A stretch of DNA of 64,000 bases from Elainellaceae cyanobacterium (GTDB lineage: Bacteria; Cyanobacteriota; Cyanobacteriia; CAZCXK01). Of this stretch, positions 51,216 through 60,191 are shown in pieces (the stretch's first letter is position 1; each line of letters opens with the position of its first letter). The notes under the pieces are model-generated. The model was not told where the DNA came from and searched no databases. It saw only the letters and a list, made by a program, of their open reading frames with translations. The stretch is taken from NCBI GenBank assembly GCA_051117555.1, contig JBNPEG010000013.1:32001-96000 (forward strand), written 5' to 3'. Both the position numbers and the translations under genes were made by a program.

Positions 51216-51437
51216 GAAGATCCAGGTTTTAAACCTGCACTAGCACGGCTATCGACGGTGTGTCGCTCTATTATATGGGGTCAGTTTACAGAAGAGAATC
51301 CATACTCTGCTCATATCCAGTTTTAGCTAGCAAATTATCCTGATGAGCCGCGTTTTGGCTGAAAAATTAGGCAACTGAGGGTAGATAGATCAAATCAATC
51401 CTGTCTCCCAATTGCCATGCTTGGCTAAGACACATTC

Positions 51438-52841
51438 ATGAAGTCTAAACGTCGCGTTTCCCTGATTCCCCTTTTGTCTTCGCTTTTAATTGCAGCACTT
51501 GCCGCTGATTTGCAAGTGAGAACGAGAGGAAAGGGCCTATTCATCCTGCTCTGCACCGCAATTATGATGGGCGGGATCTTTGTTGTTTCGCCCCATCCGT
51601 CTCTATCACAGCCTGCGCAGCCTGAGACAGCGACTCCTTCACAAGAGTCAATCATGTTGGGTTTTCTAGACGAACATCCCTATGAACTCCAGCATTGGAT
51701 TGAAGATGTTGTTCAGGAAAGCAGCGCTATTCAGAATTCATTTCAGTCTAAACTCGACCAACGATTTGGACTAACTCTCGATTTGCTGAAAGTTCTCAGT
51801 GCTGAGCTAATCATTATTTTGCCAGCCATTATTGGGCTATTGGCGCTTCTGTTTTATCGCAATGGTAAAAAGATTGCAGATGACGTCACCCATCAACTCC
51901 ATGATGAAGAACAACGGATTGAGCAAAAATTAACTGATTTGCAAGATCAATCGTCTCAATTAAAGCGTGATTTAGAGCAACTCCAAATTGAAATATTTCA
52001 TCGCTCATCCGATTATCCCTATCCACTGACGCTAGAAGGTTTAGGAAATCAGCGCGTCATTCAAAATTTTTCCCGTTTTAGTGCCCCTCGACCTGCCCTC
52101 GAATCGGGACGTAGCCGCGAATCTGAATCGCTTTCCTCTAGCTTGGATCAAGATGTCGTGGCGCTGAGCTGCCCGATCGAGGTTACGACTGAGACGCTAA
52201 CCGATAAATCAGATAGTGTTGTTCAAGACCCAGCACCCAGTACCGAATTGCCTGAGTGGTCGAGTCCTGAGGTATTGGAACAGGATGAATCAGCAGAATG
52301 TTTGGATTACCCGGCATCCATGGAGGCTGAACCTGAGACTAAATTGCTGGGTTCCTGCAATTCAGATGCATTAACTGAGGCCGAAAATTCTGATTTTGAC
52401 GATTCGCACGAGTTGGCAAATGATGATTCTGCGGAGCCTCCTGATGTAAATTCAATGCCTGACGATATTCTGTCTGAACTCGTCGAGGCGGATGTGGTGA
52501 CGGGGCATGAAGAATCAGTCGAAGCCTATATGAAACGGGGTAATGCATCGTTTCTGCGATATCAGTATCGGGAAGCGATTGCGTGGTACGAACGGGCGAT
52601 CGCCATTTCTCCCGACCATTATTTAGCCTGGTTTGGCAAGGGGTTTGCACTTGCCCAATTGCATCAGTATCAGCAGGCACTTGCAGCCTATGATCGCGTT
52701 ATTCAGAACCGGGAAGATTATCACTTAGCCTGGTATAACCGGGGCAAGGTTCTCGAAGAACTCCAGCAATTCGGAGAAGCACTTGCCTCGTATAATCGAG
52801 CCCTTGAATTGAAGCCGAACTGCTTAGATGCTCCGCTATAG
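51438..52841 (+). CDS. Membrane-anchored coiled-coil/acidic protein with C-terminal TPR repeats
   Basis: Hydrophobic segments, a coiled coil, an acidic linker and about three TPRs (AW..KG.AL..L.QY..A.A.YD.). Confidence 0.8.
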   Translation: MKSKRRVSLIPLLSSLLIAALAADLQVRTRGKGLFILLCTAIMMGGIFVVSPHPSLSQPAQPETATPSQESIMLGFLDEHPYELQHWIEDVVQESSAIQNSFQSKLDQRFGLTLDLLKVLSAELIIILPAIIGLLALLFYRNGKKIADDVTHQLHDEEQRIEQKLTDLQDQSSQLKRDLEQLQIEIFHRSSDYPYPLTLEGLGNQRVIQNFSRFSAPRPALESGRSRESESLSSSLDQDVVALSCPIEVTTETLTDKSDSVVQDPAPSTELPEWSSPEVLEQDESAECLDYPASMEAEPETKLLGSCNSDALTEAENSDFDDSHELANDDSAEPPDVNSMPDDILSELVEADVVTGHEESVEAYMKRGNASFLRYQYREAIAWYERAIAISPDHYLAWFGKGFALAQLHQYQQALAAYDRVIQNREDYHLAWYNRGKVLEELQQFGEALASYNRALELKPNCLDAPL

Positions 52842-52919
52842 AGCATCCCCATAAGCATAGCTACGTTTCTTTGCTGAACACCCTAAAGAAGAATGTCTCT
52901 AAATCAAAGAATTTCAAAT

Positions 52920-52945
52920 CCCCGGCATCTTTGAGATTCCGGGGA
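52920..52945. repeat. REP-like hairpin / possible terminator between convergent genes
   Basis: CCCCGGCATCT-TTG-AGATTCCGGGG near-perfect inverted repeat. Confidence 0.5.
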
Positions 52946-53037
52946 CTTAGGGGATCTATAAAGAAGAAACCAATCGTGTTTCAGCGCTATTCTATAAACA
53001 CCCTATAAACCCAGGGTGTTTACGAATGGGCAAGCCG

Positions 53038-54234
53038 CTATTTGCGAATGGGGGTTCCACATGGATAGGTCGCCACAGGCTCTCTCCCGGCGGTAGGTTT
53101 TCTCTGAGTCGGTTGAATAAAAGACCGTTCAGATTGCTGCGCCTGCGCGGTTAAGTAATCACGTCGCAGCGTTTCGAGCCATTCTTCACGACGGTCATAC
53201 AAGCGCTTTAAGGGTCTGGGCGGGCATTGGTTGATGACATATGCCGTCAAGATAGGCAATGCAATGGTGTTATCGGTGTAACACACAATCGTGCTGGGAA
53301 GTTCATCTGGGTCAACTTTTCCCCAGCTTACGGCTTCGCTCGGAGTAGCCCCCGATAAACCGCCCGTGTCAGGGCGAGCATCCGTAATTTGAATAAAGTA
53401 GTCATGCCCGCGTTCTTCTAGCCCCAGCACCTCATGGATTTGAGGCTGAGTTTGTAAGAGAAAGTTTTTAGGACTCCCACCGCCGATGATAATAGCAGCA
53501 CTCTTTCCTTCTCCGTCTGGCGAATCAGTCTGGCGCGCACTGTAGGCGATCGCCGCCGTCTCATTAACATCGATGGATGGATCGATAACCAACTCGGAGC
53601 CTTCTAGCGCCAACGCTGCAACATTCATCCCAATCGAACTATCGCCAGGTGATGACGTATAAATCGGGACGCCACACTCATAAGCCGTTGCCAGCAAACT
53701 AGAGTTTTTTACCCCAATCTGCTGTTCAACGTGATGCACGGCCTGCCCTAACAGATAGTGGAACTCTGCCGTTCCCATACGCTTTTGGAATGGCTCAGCC
53801 TTGATCACGTTGCGAATAAACGCATCAGTTTCTAATAAAACATCGTAGCCAAATACAATATCGTAGATGCGAATACGGCCTTCTTGCCGAAGTTTGACAT
53901 CATCTACAAACGGATGGCTAGAGTATAAATCGAGCCCCAGTCCGTAGTGGATATCGTGATAAAGATTAGCTCCAGTGCTGATGATCCAATCAATCATGCC
54001 ACTCCGAATTAGAGGCGCAAGAACAGAAATTCCATATCCTGCAGGCGTCATCGCGCCAGACAAGCTTAGCCCTACGGTGACTCCCTCTCTCATCACGTTT
54101 CGGCTCAGCAAATGACAGATTTCCCGTAGGCGAGCCGAGTTATAGGCTGTGAAATAGTGATCAATCAAATCAACTACGCTGACATTCGCGGAAATTGGAT
54201 CGGGCGCGATTTTGCGGCTAGGCACTTTAGACAT
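53038..54234 (-). CDS. speY: Deoxyhypusine-synthase-like homospermidine biosynthesis protein
   Basis: [34 protein letters not shown] and [16 protein letters not shown] motifs; ATG at 54234 with AGGAG RBS. Confidence 0.88.
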   Translation of the reverse strand: MSKVPSRKIAPDPISANVSVVDLIDHYFTAYNSARLREICHLLSRNVMREGVTVGLSLSGAMTPAGYGISVLAPLIRSGMIDWIISTGANLYHDIHYGLGLDLYSSHPFVDDVKLRQEGRIRIYDIVFGYDVLLETDAFIRNVIKAEPFQKRMGTAEFHYLLGQAVHHVEQQIGVKNSSLLATAYECGVPIYTSSPGDSSIGMNVAALALEGSELVIDPSIDVNETAAIAYSARQTDSPDGEGKSAAIIIGGGSPKNFLLQTQPQIHEVLGLEERGHDYFIQITDARPDTGGLSGATPSEAVSWGKVDPDELPSTIVCYTDNTIALPILTAYVINQCPPRPLKRLYDRREEWLETLRRDYLTAQAQQSERSFIQPTQRKPTAGREPVATYPCGTPIRK

Positions 54235-54372
54235 GGAAAGACTCCTATCGTAAATATTGAGTATCAAGATGAGTATCAAGATGAGCGTTAGAAGATTGGG
54301 GTTGATGGAAGACAAGAGCCGTCATCCAAAATTCAAACGCGCATGCTTGAGAACCTGAAAAATTAGGCAGTC

Positions 54373-54464
54373 TACAGCAATCCCAAATGGGTTGTGAGTG
54401 GTGGGGCAGGCGCCACCCGCCCCACCACTCACACACAATTCACAAGCGATTTAGGGTCGCTATA
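54373..54464. repeat. Mini-element with 25-bp imperfect terminal inverted repeats and a GC-rich hairpin
   Basis: Left end TACAGCAATCCCAAATGGGTTGTGA versus right end (reverse complement) TATAGCGACCCTAAATCGCTTGTGA, 19/25 identical. Core 15-bp stem TGTGAGTGGTGGGGC / GCCCCACCACTCACA. Confidence 0.75.
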
Positions 54465-54560
54465 TGACGTTGCTAATAGAAATCAACTCTGCCGATAGAG
54501 GAATTTTCATTAAGTAACCTCTATTCACTTGGAACCGAGGGCTAGGCAATGCTCAAATCG

Positions 54561-54715
54561 AAGCCCCTTGTATAGGTACGACATTACAGGCATGACACTC
54601 CACATGACCCTGTCAGGCTCAAAGCCAGGGGCTTTTTATCGGCAAAACGACCGTCTTAGACCTGGGCAATATTGAGCTAACCCACACCATCGGCCTGTCA
54701 TACGCCATATGACAG
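54561..54715 (-). ncRNA. Candidate structured cis-regulatory RNA in the speY leader
   Basis: A series of hairpins plus an A-rich unpaired CCGAUAAAAAGCCCC segment with alternative pairings (see findings). Confidence 0.35.
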
Positions 54716-55091
54716 CGCAACCAGGAACATCTAATTTCGGCTAAATTCTTCAAACTCTGATCGATCCAGTTTGCGAGGGACAGAGTGATGCATATCGGGA
54801 TAGAACGTCAACATCATGCACCAACCCCTGCAAACCCAGACTTGCAGATCGATCAGCCTATACTGGGCGCCTCGCACCGGTCTACCCAAGATAGAGCAGG
54901 GTCGCACAGGCGTCTTCGCTTTAAATTCATCTCCAGAAACCAAAGCGGTTTCCAGGGATACTCAACATGGGGATAGCGATTCAACGGTCTACGCAACCTT
55001 ATAAATACAACTTTTTCAATCTAGCATTTCTCGCTCACATCGGCTCGGTGAGATTACTCAAAGTTTTTACGCGTCCCAATCAATCTAAAGC

Positions 55092-55183
55092 TATAGCCTT
55101 ACGCTCTCGCGTTAGGACGCCGAACGTGTAAAACCCGTGCGGCAGGCGGGTCCTTTACACAAATCTGAGCCCATAGGGCTATG
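55092..55183. repeat. TATAGC-bounded hairpin mini-element
   Basis: Left end TATAGCCTTACGCTCTC versus right end (reverse complement) CATAGCCCTATGGGCTC. Core hairpin GTGTAAA-ACCCG...CGGGT-CC-TTTACAC. It is followed by GCAATTTGCAATTGC, also present at 48413. Confidence 0.6.
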
Positions 55184-55245
55184 GCAATTTGCAATTGCCA
55201 GGAATATCTCTAGCCCTAATGTTATAGAAGTTAATTTAGGACACC

Positions 55246-55281
55246 TTGACAATTCACCCTAATTTCCGTAACAATAGATAC
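55246..55281 (+). promoter_or_regulatory. Sigma70-type promoter overlapped by an NtcA site in repressor position
   Basis: TTGACA at 55246-55251, a -10-like TAACAAT at 55269-55275, and GTA-ACAATAGA-TAC (GTA-N8-TAC) at 55268-55281. Confidence 0.75.
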
Positions 55282-55289
55282 AGAAATAA

Positions 55290-55408
55290 ATCGTTCATCT
55301 CCTCTCGCTTCTGTTGCGAAGAGTCTATTTCTAAGGAAATTTACTGCCAGAAGCAAATCAGAGGCAAATAGGAGACGGAAGTAGGGATTAATCCCGAAGG
55401 AACGCGAT
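55290..55408 (+). ncRNA. Glutamine riboswitch class I (glnA RNA motif)
   Basis: ATCGTTCATCTCCT...AGGAGACGGAAGTAGGGATTAATCCCGAAGGAACGCG, with P1 CGTTC/GAACG, P2 TCTCCT/AGGAGA, P3 GGGAT/ATCCC and the AGUA/GAA E-loop. Confidence 0.9.
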
Positions 55409-55443
55409 TCATTACTTCTGTCGTAATCGAGAGGCGATTTCTT

Positions 55444-55620
55444 ATGTCATTACATTATCGTGGAGTTACCTACGACCGCTCCCCTGCAGCGCTAGAAACC
55501 ACAGAAAGCGAAGTTGTCGAGCATTATCGCGGAGCAACTTACAGAATGAGGAAGCCAGTGAATGCTCCTGATCAGCATCCTGGTATTCGTCTAAAGTATC
55601 GCGGTGCTTGGGTTCAGTAA
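55444..55620 (+). CDS. DUF4278-family microprotein (58 aa)
   Basis: MSLHYRGVTYDRSPAALETTESEVVEHYRGATYRMRKPVNAPDQHPGIRLKYRGAWVQ, with three YRG motifs and a GAGG RBS. It lies directly after the riboswitch and is below the ORF-track length cutoff. Confidence 0.88.
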   Translation: MSLHYRGVTYDRSPAALETTESEVVEHYRGATYRMRKPVNAPDQHPGIRLKYRGAWVQ

Positions 55621-55724
55621 TGCAGAGCTAGAGAGTCTGGATCACGATTGCATTGACGTCCTAGCATTAAAGTCGTGACGTTAGGCTATCGATGTTAATC
55701 TGCAGCACTCTCAAAAGCCAACTT

Positions 55725-55759
55725 ATAACAGCATCCCTATAGACTAGGGATGCTGTTAT
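55725..55759 (+). terminator. Stem-loop terminator after the DUF4278 gene
   Basis: Perfect 15-bp stem ATAACAGCATCCCTA / TAGGGATGCTGTTAT. Confidence 0.65.
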
Positions 55760-55982
55760 GCTAATTTGCACCAGAGACGTATAGTCTTATGGGCTTGGAT
55801 TTGTGTTCAGACTCCCCGCGACGTATGCGTCTAAACGCGTTCGATATTCTAACGTGAGAGCGCAAGACTATAACAAGACTATAATTCGTGGTGAGTGAGA
55901 GGCCAGAGCTTTTACTCATCCAACAATTTTAGGTATAGCGTAAGCAAGTAGACGATACTCGGCGCTGATATAGTGTGGCTCT

Positions 55983-56168
55983 ATGGGTAAGAATATTGGA
56001 TTTGTGCTCAAAATTTTAGGAATTTCAACCATCGCAGCGATCGCCATTAAATATGGTGCACCGTATTTAAACATCCCAGCAACTCCTGTCACCGCGATTT
56101 TGATCGTCTTATTGCCTAGTATGATCATGGCTGCTCTGCTGAGTTGGCGAGTTAAGAACCGCGAGTAG
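55983..56168 (+). CDS. Small two-TM membrane protein
   Basis: 61 aa with FVLKIL..S...AIAIKYGAP.L.IPAT...A...VLLP; two hydrophobic helices. Confidence 0.75.
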   Translation: MGKNIGFVLKILGISTIAAIAIKYGAPYLNIPATPVTAILIVLLPSMIMAALLSWRVKNRE

Positions 56169-56222
56169 TAATATCTCAAGGCTTCCCTACATAGCTGCCA
56201 GTCCACTGGTTTAGTTCAACCT

Positions 56223-57431
56223 ATGCCCATCCGTACGATTGCAGACATTAATGAGAAAATTGAGCATCAAAAAGCCACGGTCTTGACGGTGGAGGAACTA
56301 AAGGCGCGAGTGGCAGAGGTAGGTGTGGCTCAAACGGCTCGCGAGGTGGATGTCATTACGACAGGGACGTTTGAGCCCATGGAGTCATCGGGGGCCATTT
56401 TGAATTTAGGACATACCGATCCTCCTATCAAAATTCGACGGTGCTGGATGGATGGCATCTTGGCATACTCTGGCTTTGGAGCCGTTGATTTGTATATTGG
56501 AGCGACTCAGTCCGCTGAATATTCTGGCATTGCGGATGTCCCGGATTTGTCCGATGAATCACGGGAACGGGGGGGAGGACACGTGATTGCAGACCTGATT
56601 GCTGGGAAGCAGGTGCGCCTACGAGCCATTGGTCAGGTTACAGACTGCTATGCTCGAGCATCCTTTGAAACAACGATTACTCGAGACACTATTAATCAGT
56701 TTTATTTATTTAATCCCCGAAATTTATATCAAAACTTTATAGTTGGTGTGAATGGGGGCGATCGCCCCCTATGTACTTATTTGGGGCCTTTGCAACCGCG
56801 TTTAGGGAATGCCGTCTATGCTAATTCAGGGGCAATCTCGCCCCTGCTTAACGACCCTGAGCTCAATCTAGTCGGCATTGGAACGCGAATCTTTATGGGC
56901 GGAGGCATTGGATATGTTGCTTGGGAAGGGACTCAGCACTTTCCGCTCCAAAAGCGGCTTCCCAATCAAACCCCCATTGGACCCGCTGCAACCTTAGCGC
57001 TTATCGGCGATGCTAAGCAAATGAGGACCAAATGGGTTCGGGGGTGTTATTTCAAAGGGTATGGTCCATCGCTGATGATAGGAATCGGGGTGCCTCTCCC
57101 CATTCTCGAAGAGGACGTTGTCCGTCATTGTTCTGTCCATGATCGAGATTTGGTTGCCCCAGTCGTTGATTTTTCGATTCCTCGACGAGTGCGTCCTACG
57201 TTTGGACTGGTCAGTTACGCACAGCTCAAGTCAGGACGGATCACCATTGATGGCAGAGCCGTTCGCACAGCTCCCCTAACTAGCATTTATCTGTCTCGGC
57301 AGATTGCCGTCGAGCTAAAGCAGTGGATTGAAGCAGGCTCTTTCCTGCTCACGCAACCGATCGCCCCCATCCCGATGGATCGAACGTTTGTTGCCCAAGA
57401 TCAATGGAGCACTCAAATTACTCTGGAGTAG
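56223..57431 (+). CDS. DUF39 / homocysteine biosynthesis (aspartate-semialdehyde sulfurtransferase-like) protein
   Basis: RTI..INEKI, VDVITTGTF, AVDLYIGAT, GGGHVI.DL, TDCY, NPRN.YQN and SPLLNDP motifs. Confidence 0.88.
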   Translation: MPIRTIADINEKIEHQKATVLTVEELKARVAEVGVAQTAREVDVITTGTFEPMESSGAILNLGHTDPPIKIRRCWMDGILAYSGFGAVDLYIGATQSAEYSGIADVPDLSDESRERGGGHVIADLIAGKQVRLRAIGQVTDCYARASFETTITRDTINQFYLFNPRNLYQNFIVGVNGGDRPLCTYLGPLQPRLGNAVYANSGAISPLLNDPELNLVGIGTRIFMGGGIGYVAWEGTQHFPLQKRLPNQTPIGPAATLALIGDAKQMRTKWVRGCYFKGYGPSLMIGIGVPLPILEEDVVRHCSVHDRDLVAPVVDFSIPRRVRPTFGLVSYAQLKSGRITIDGRAVRTAPLTSIYLSRQIAVELKQWIEAGSFLLTQPIAPIPMDRTFVAQDQWSTQITLE

Positions 57432-58812
57432 ATTGAGAATCATTCTGGCGACGTTTGACTGGACGTGCTGTGGGTGAACTGCGACCTGACGAGGGGCGAT
57501 CGCTAGGCTGTTGACCATCACGAGGGCCGCTGCGAAAGCGCTTGTTAGGTCGACTGGGTTTACCCTTATAAGAACCTCTCTTGCCACCGACTCTACCCGG
57601 GCCACCACCACTGCGACGGGATTTGCCACTCCGTTTACTGGGAGGCACTAAGCCAATCATCATGCCATCTTGCACCACCAAATCATTGCCTTGCCGTTGG
57701 ACGTGCAAGTCCCAGAAGTAGCCAATCGCTTTTCTGTCGAGAGTCCCTTTCAATGTCAGATTAAATGTCTTAGCTGGCTTTGTGCCATGGCGGGGCGCTT
57801 GACAGATCTTGACCTTGATTTCGTCATCCTCTTTAGACTGCTTAACTACTTCTCCCCGAATTGAGAAATACCCATCCTCAATTTTAGGAGGCATTGAGAC
57901 GCTAGATTTTAATACGCTGGGTTTCTCAGGTGTGATGCTTGGCTTGGTCGGGGGGCGCTTAAGCTCCGGAATTGCTGGTGTGTGAAGTTCTTCGCTAGAT
58001 GAATCTTCTACAATAGTTTGGTCTGTTTGAATGTCGCTGGCTTGATTGTCAGCATCACGCTCATGAGTCGACGGCACTGACGATTGATCTGAGGCACTCT
58101 CGACAGGCACTTCAGCGTCTGCTTGTTCCGAGGGCGTGTCAGTTTGGTCTAGAGCCGCATCACTAGGGTGCCCCTCGTCAGGCTGGCTCTCATCTCCGTC
58201 GGAGGCATCCTCCTCGGAAGAATCTTCATTCGAAAGGGCGTCTATATCATCGGACGCGTCCTTGTTTAAGTTTTCGGGTTCCCAAACTCCAACAACTTGA
58301 ACATGAAGCTGTTCGTCTTTGTTCCGAGTTCGAGGATAGACGACCCATAAGTGGGGCTGTTCTAGGTCTAAATGTTTCTTGACTAGGCTCATTACCCGTC
58401 CCAGAAGAACCGCATCAATGGGATAACCATCTTCGGTTTCCATTTGACCCCGCGTAAATTGTTCGTCTGAGGCTATGTACTTTCCTTTCATTAAGCCAAT
58501 GGCTCGATACTGCATCGGCTCACTCGCAGGCGGGATCGGTTGCTGACGAGGAATATCTGATGAGTCGGGCGATGGATTGTTGGTTTGGGAAGTTGTCACG
58601 TCTTTAGAAGATGTCTGAGACGATGCCGTTTCTGGGGTAGATGAGGAAGCGGAAGAGAGCATGTCGGTTGATTGGTGTGAATGCTGATCCATGTCGGTTT
58701 CTGCTAGAGCGTTCGGCGAAGACGGCAATCGGTCAGGCCGAGTATCGGGCCGATTAGCAGAGGATGAAGCTGACGTAGACGGTTGAGAAAACCCATTCTC
58801 GGAGGAATTCAT
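57418..58812 (-). CDS. Conserved cyanobacterial hypothetical protein
   Basis: Conserved blocks PIPPASEPMQYRAIG, AVLLGRV.SLVK.HLDL..PHLWVVYPRT and YFSIRGEV, separated by disordered regions; basic tail. Confidence 0.8.
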   Translation of the reverse strand: MNSSENGFSQPSTSASSSANRPDTRPDRLPSSPNALAETDMDQHSHQSTDMLSSASSSTPETASSQTSSKDVTTSQTNNPSPDSSDIPRQQPIPPASEPMQYRAIGLMKGKYIASDEQFTRGQMETEDGYPIDAVLLGRVMSLVKKHLDLEQPHLWVVYPRTRNKDEQLHVQVVGVWEPENLNKDASDDIDALSNEDSSEEDASDGDESQPDEGHPSDAALDQTDTPSEQADAEVPVESASDQSSVPSTHERDADNQASDIQTDQTIVEDSSSEELHTPAIPELKRPPTKPSITPEKPSVLKSSVSMPPKIEDGYFSIRGEVVKQSKEDDEIKVKICQAPRHGTKPAKTFNLTLKGTLDRKAIGYFWDLHVQRQGNDLVVQDGMMIGLVPPSKRSGKSRRSGGGPGRVGGKRGSYKGKPSRPNKRFRSGPRDGQQPSDRPSSGRSSPTARPVKRRQNDSQSTPE

Positions 58813-59276
58813 AAAACCTACCTTCCAGCGGAAATTTTCCGCTCAGCATTAGCCGCTAGAGCACAGTAAACACTAGGTTAACATCTACATCTGATTCGGC
58901 TTCGACTGTCTGAGCGGATTTCTTGAACCACCAGACTGTTTGAGCCCTGCAAACCTTCTAGATTAATTTAATGTAATCAATCAATTTGGGAATTACATAA
59001 CCGATAGTTAATGCCTTGCCCAACAGGGCTAGACAGAGAAAGGTTAGAAATCAAACGACAGAGATATTAAACCCAGCTAAACGGTGATCTAGCCAAGTAT
59101 CCTCTTTTTGTTTATACAGTAAGGATTCTCGTTTTCAGGCATTTTTCGGGAGAATTATCCAATTGGATTCATATATTAAGCCGTTCAAAGTGCTGTAAAT
59201 AAAGGATTACTCAGCCAAATAGGCTGGGAAATTCCGGATGTAACTCATAGATGTGACTCATAATGACAGATAGAGT

Positions 59277-60191
59277 TTGGACAATCGCGTGTTAGATAAA
59301 CGCAAACGCTGGCTGGTTAATATCATTCTTGGAATAGCGGTACTTTCCTTTGCTGGAATTGCGCTAGTTTTGCCGCTCAGTCAGATTTTTCAAAATGATC
59401 AACAAGCGACTGGATCTGCGACAGAAACCCAAAGCTCGGATCTGGCGGCTCAGGCTAGGGGATATGAGCTGGTTCTAGAGAGGGAGCCTAATAATGAAAC
59501 GGCTCTTCGGCAATTGCTGAGCATCCGGATTCAGCAACAGGATTTAGAGGCGACCATCCCGCTGTTAGAAAGGCTAGTTGAGCTTCGCCCTGAGCAGACT
59601 GAATATGCGGTCTTACTGGCGCAGACGAAGCAGCAAGCGGGCGATCGCGAGGGGGCTGCTCAGATATATCGCGATGTGTTGTCGTCTAACCCAGGCGATA
59701 TGAATGCCCTGCAAGGTCTAGTGGTGCTGTTGCTACAGCAAGAGCGTCCTGAGGCCGCGATTGGTTTATTGGAGGATACGCTTCGCAATGCTGACGAGAT
59801 TAATCAAATTCAGCCGAATAGCCTTGATGTAACATCCGTACAGCTTTTGTTGGGACGGGTCTATGTTGAGCTTGGTCGAGATGCAGAGGCGATCGCCCTG
59901 TATGATGAAGCCATCCAAAATGACCCGCAAGATTTTCGTCCAGTTTTGAGTAAAGCGCTTATTTTGCAAACCCAAGGACAAAATGACGAAGCAGAATCGC
60001 TTTTTACCCGAGCAGAATCACTCGCCCCAGCCCAATATAAAGATGAAATCAAGCGACTTGCATCCGGCGAAGATCCTACGGCTGAGGGTACAACACCTCC
60101 GGAGTTAGACTCTGGCGCACGTGAAGGCGATCCAAGCGAGGCGGTTCCGGTTTCCCCAGACGACTCATCTTCGCCATCGCCGTCTGACTAA
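59277..60191 (+). CDS. Membrane-anchored TPR protein
   Basis: N-terminal TM helix, ARGYELVLEREPNN.TAL, successive TPRs and DFRPVL.KA motif. Confidence 0.88.
   Translation: MDNRVLDKRKRWLVNIILGIAVLSFAGIALVLPLSQIFQNDQQATGSATETQSSDLAAQARGYELVLEREPNNETALRQLLSIRIQQQDLEATIPLLERLVELRPEQTEYAVLLAQTKQQAGDREGAAQIYRDVLSSNPGDMNALQGLVVLLLQQERPEAAIGLLEDTLRNADEINQIQPNSLDVTSVQLLLGRVYVELGRDAEAIALYDEAIQNDPQDFRPVLSKALILQTQGQNDEAESLFTRAESLAPAQYKDEIKRLASGEDPTAEGTTPPELDSGAREGDPSEAVPVSPDDSSSPSPSD

Noticed and set aside
52800..52841. TPR protein possibly truncated by a TATAGC element at its stop codon
   Set aside because: Only a 6-bp match with no partner end; ending after three TPRs is unremarkable.
54561..54715. 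Calling the speY leader a guanidine-I or guanidine-III riboswitch
   Set aside because: Only short fragments (GAUAAAAAGCCC, AAGACGG) resemble those classes, and the core consensus elements are missing. It is kept only as an unknown candidate.
54731..55004. Three overlapping 62-70 aa ORFs upstream of speY
   Set aside because: They have no recognisable motifs, overlap each other on both strands and lack a clear RBS; they are likely spurious.
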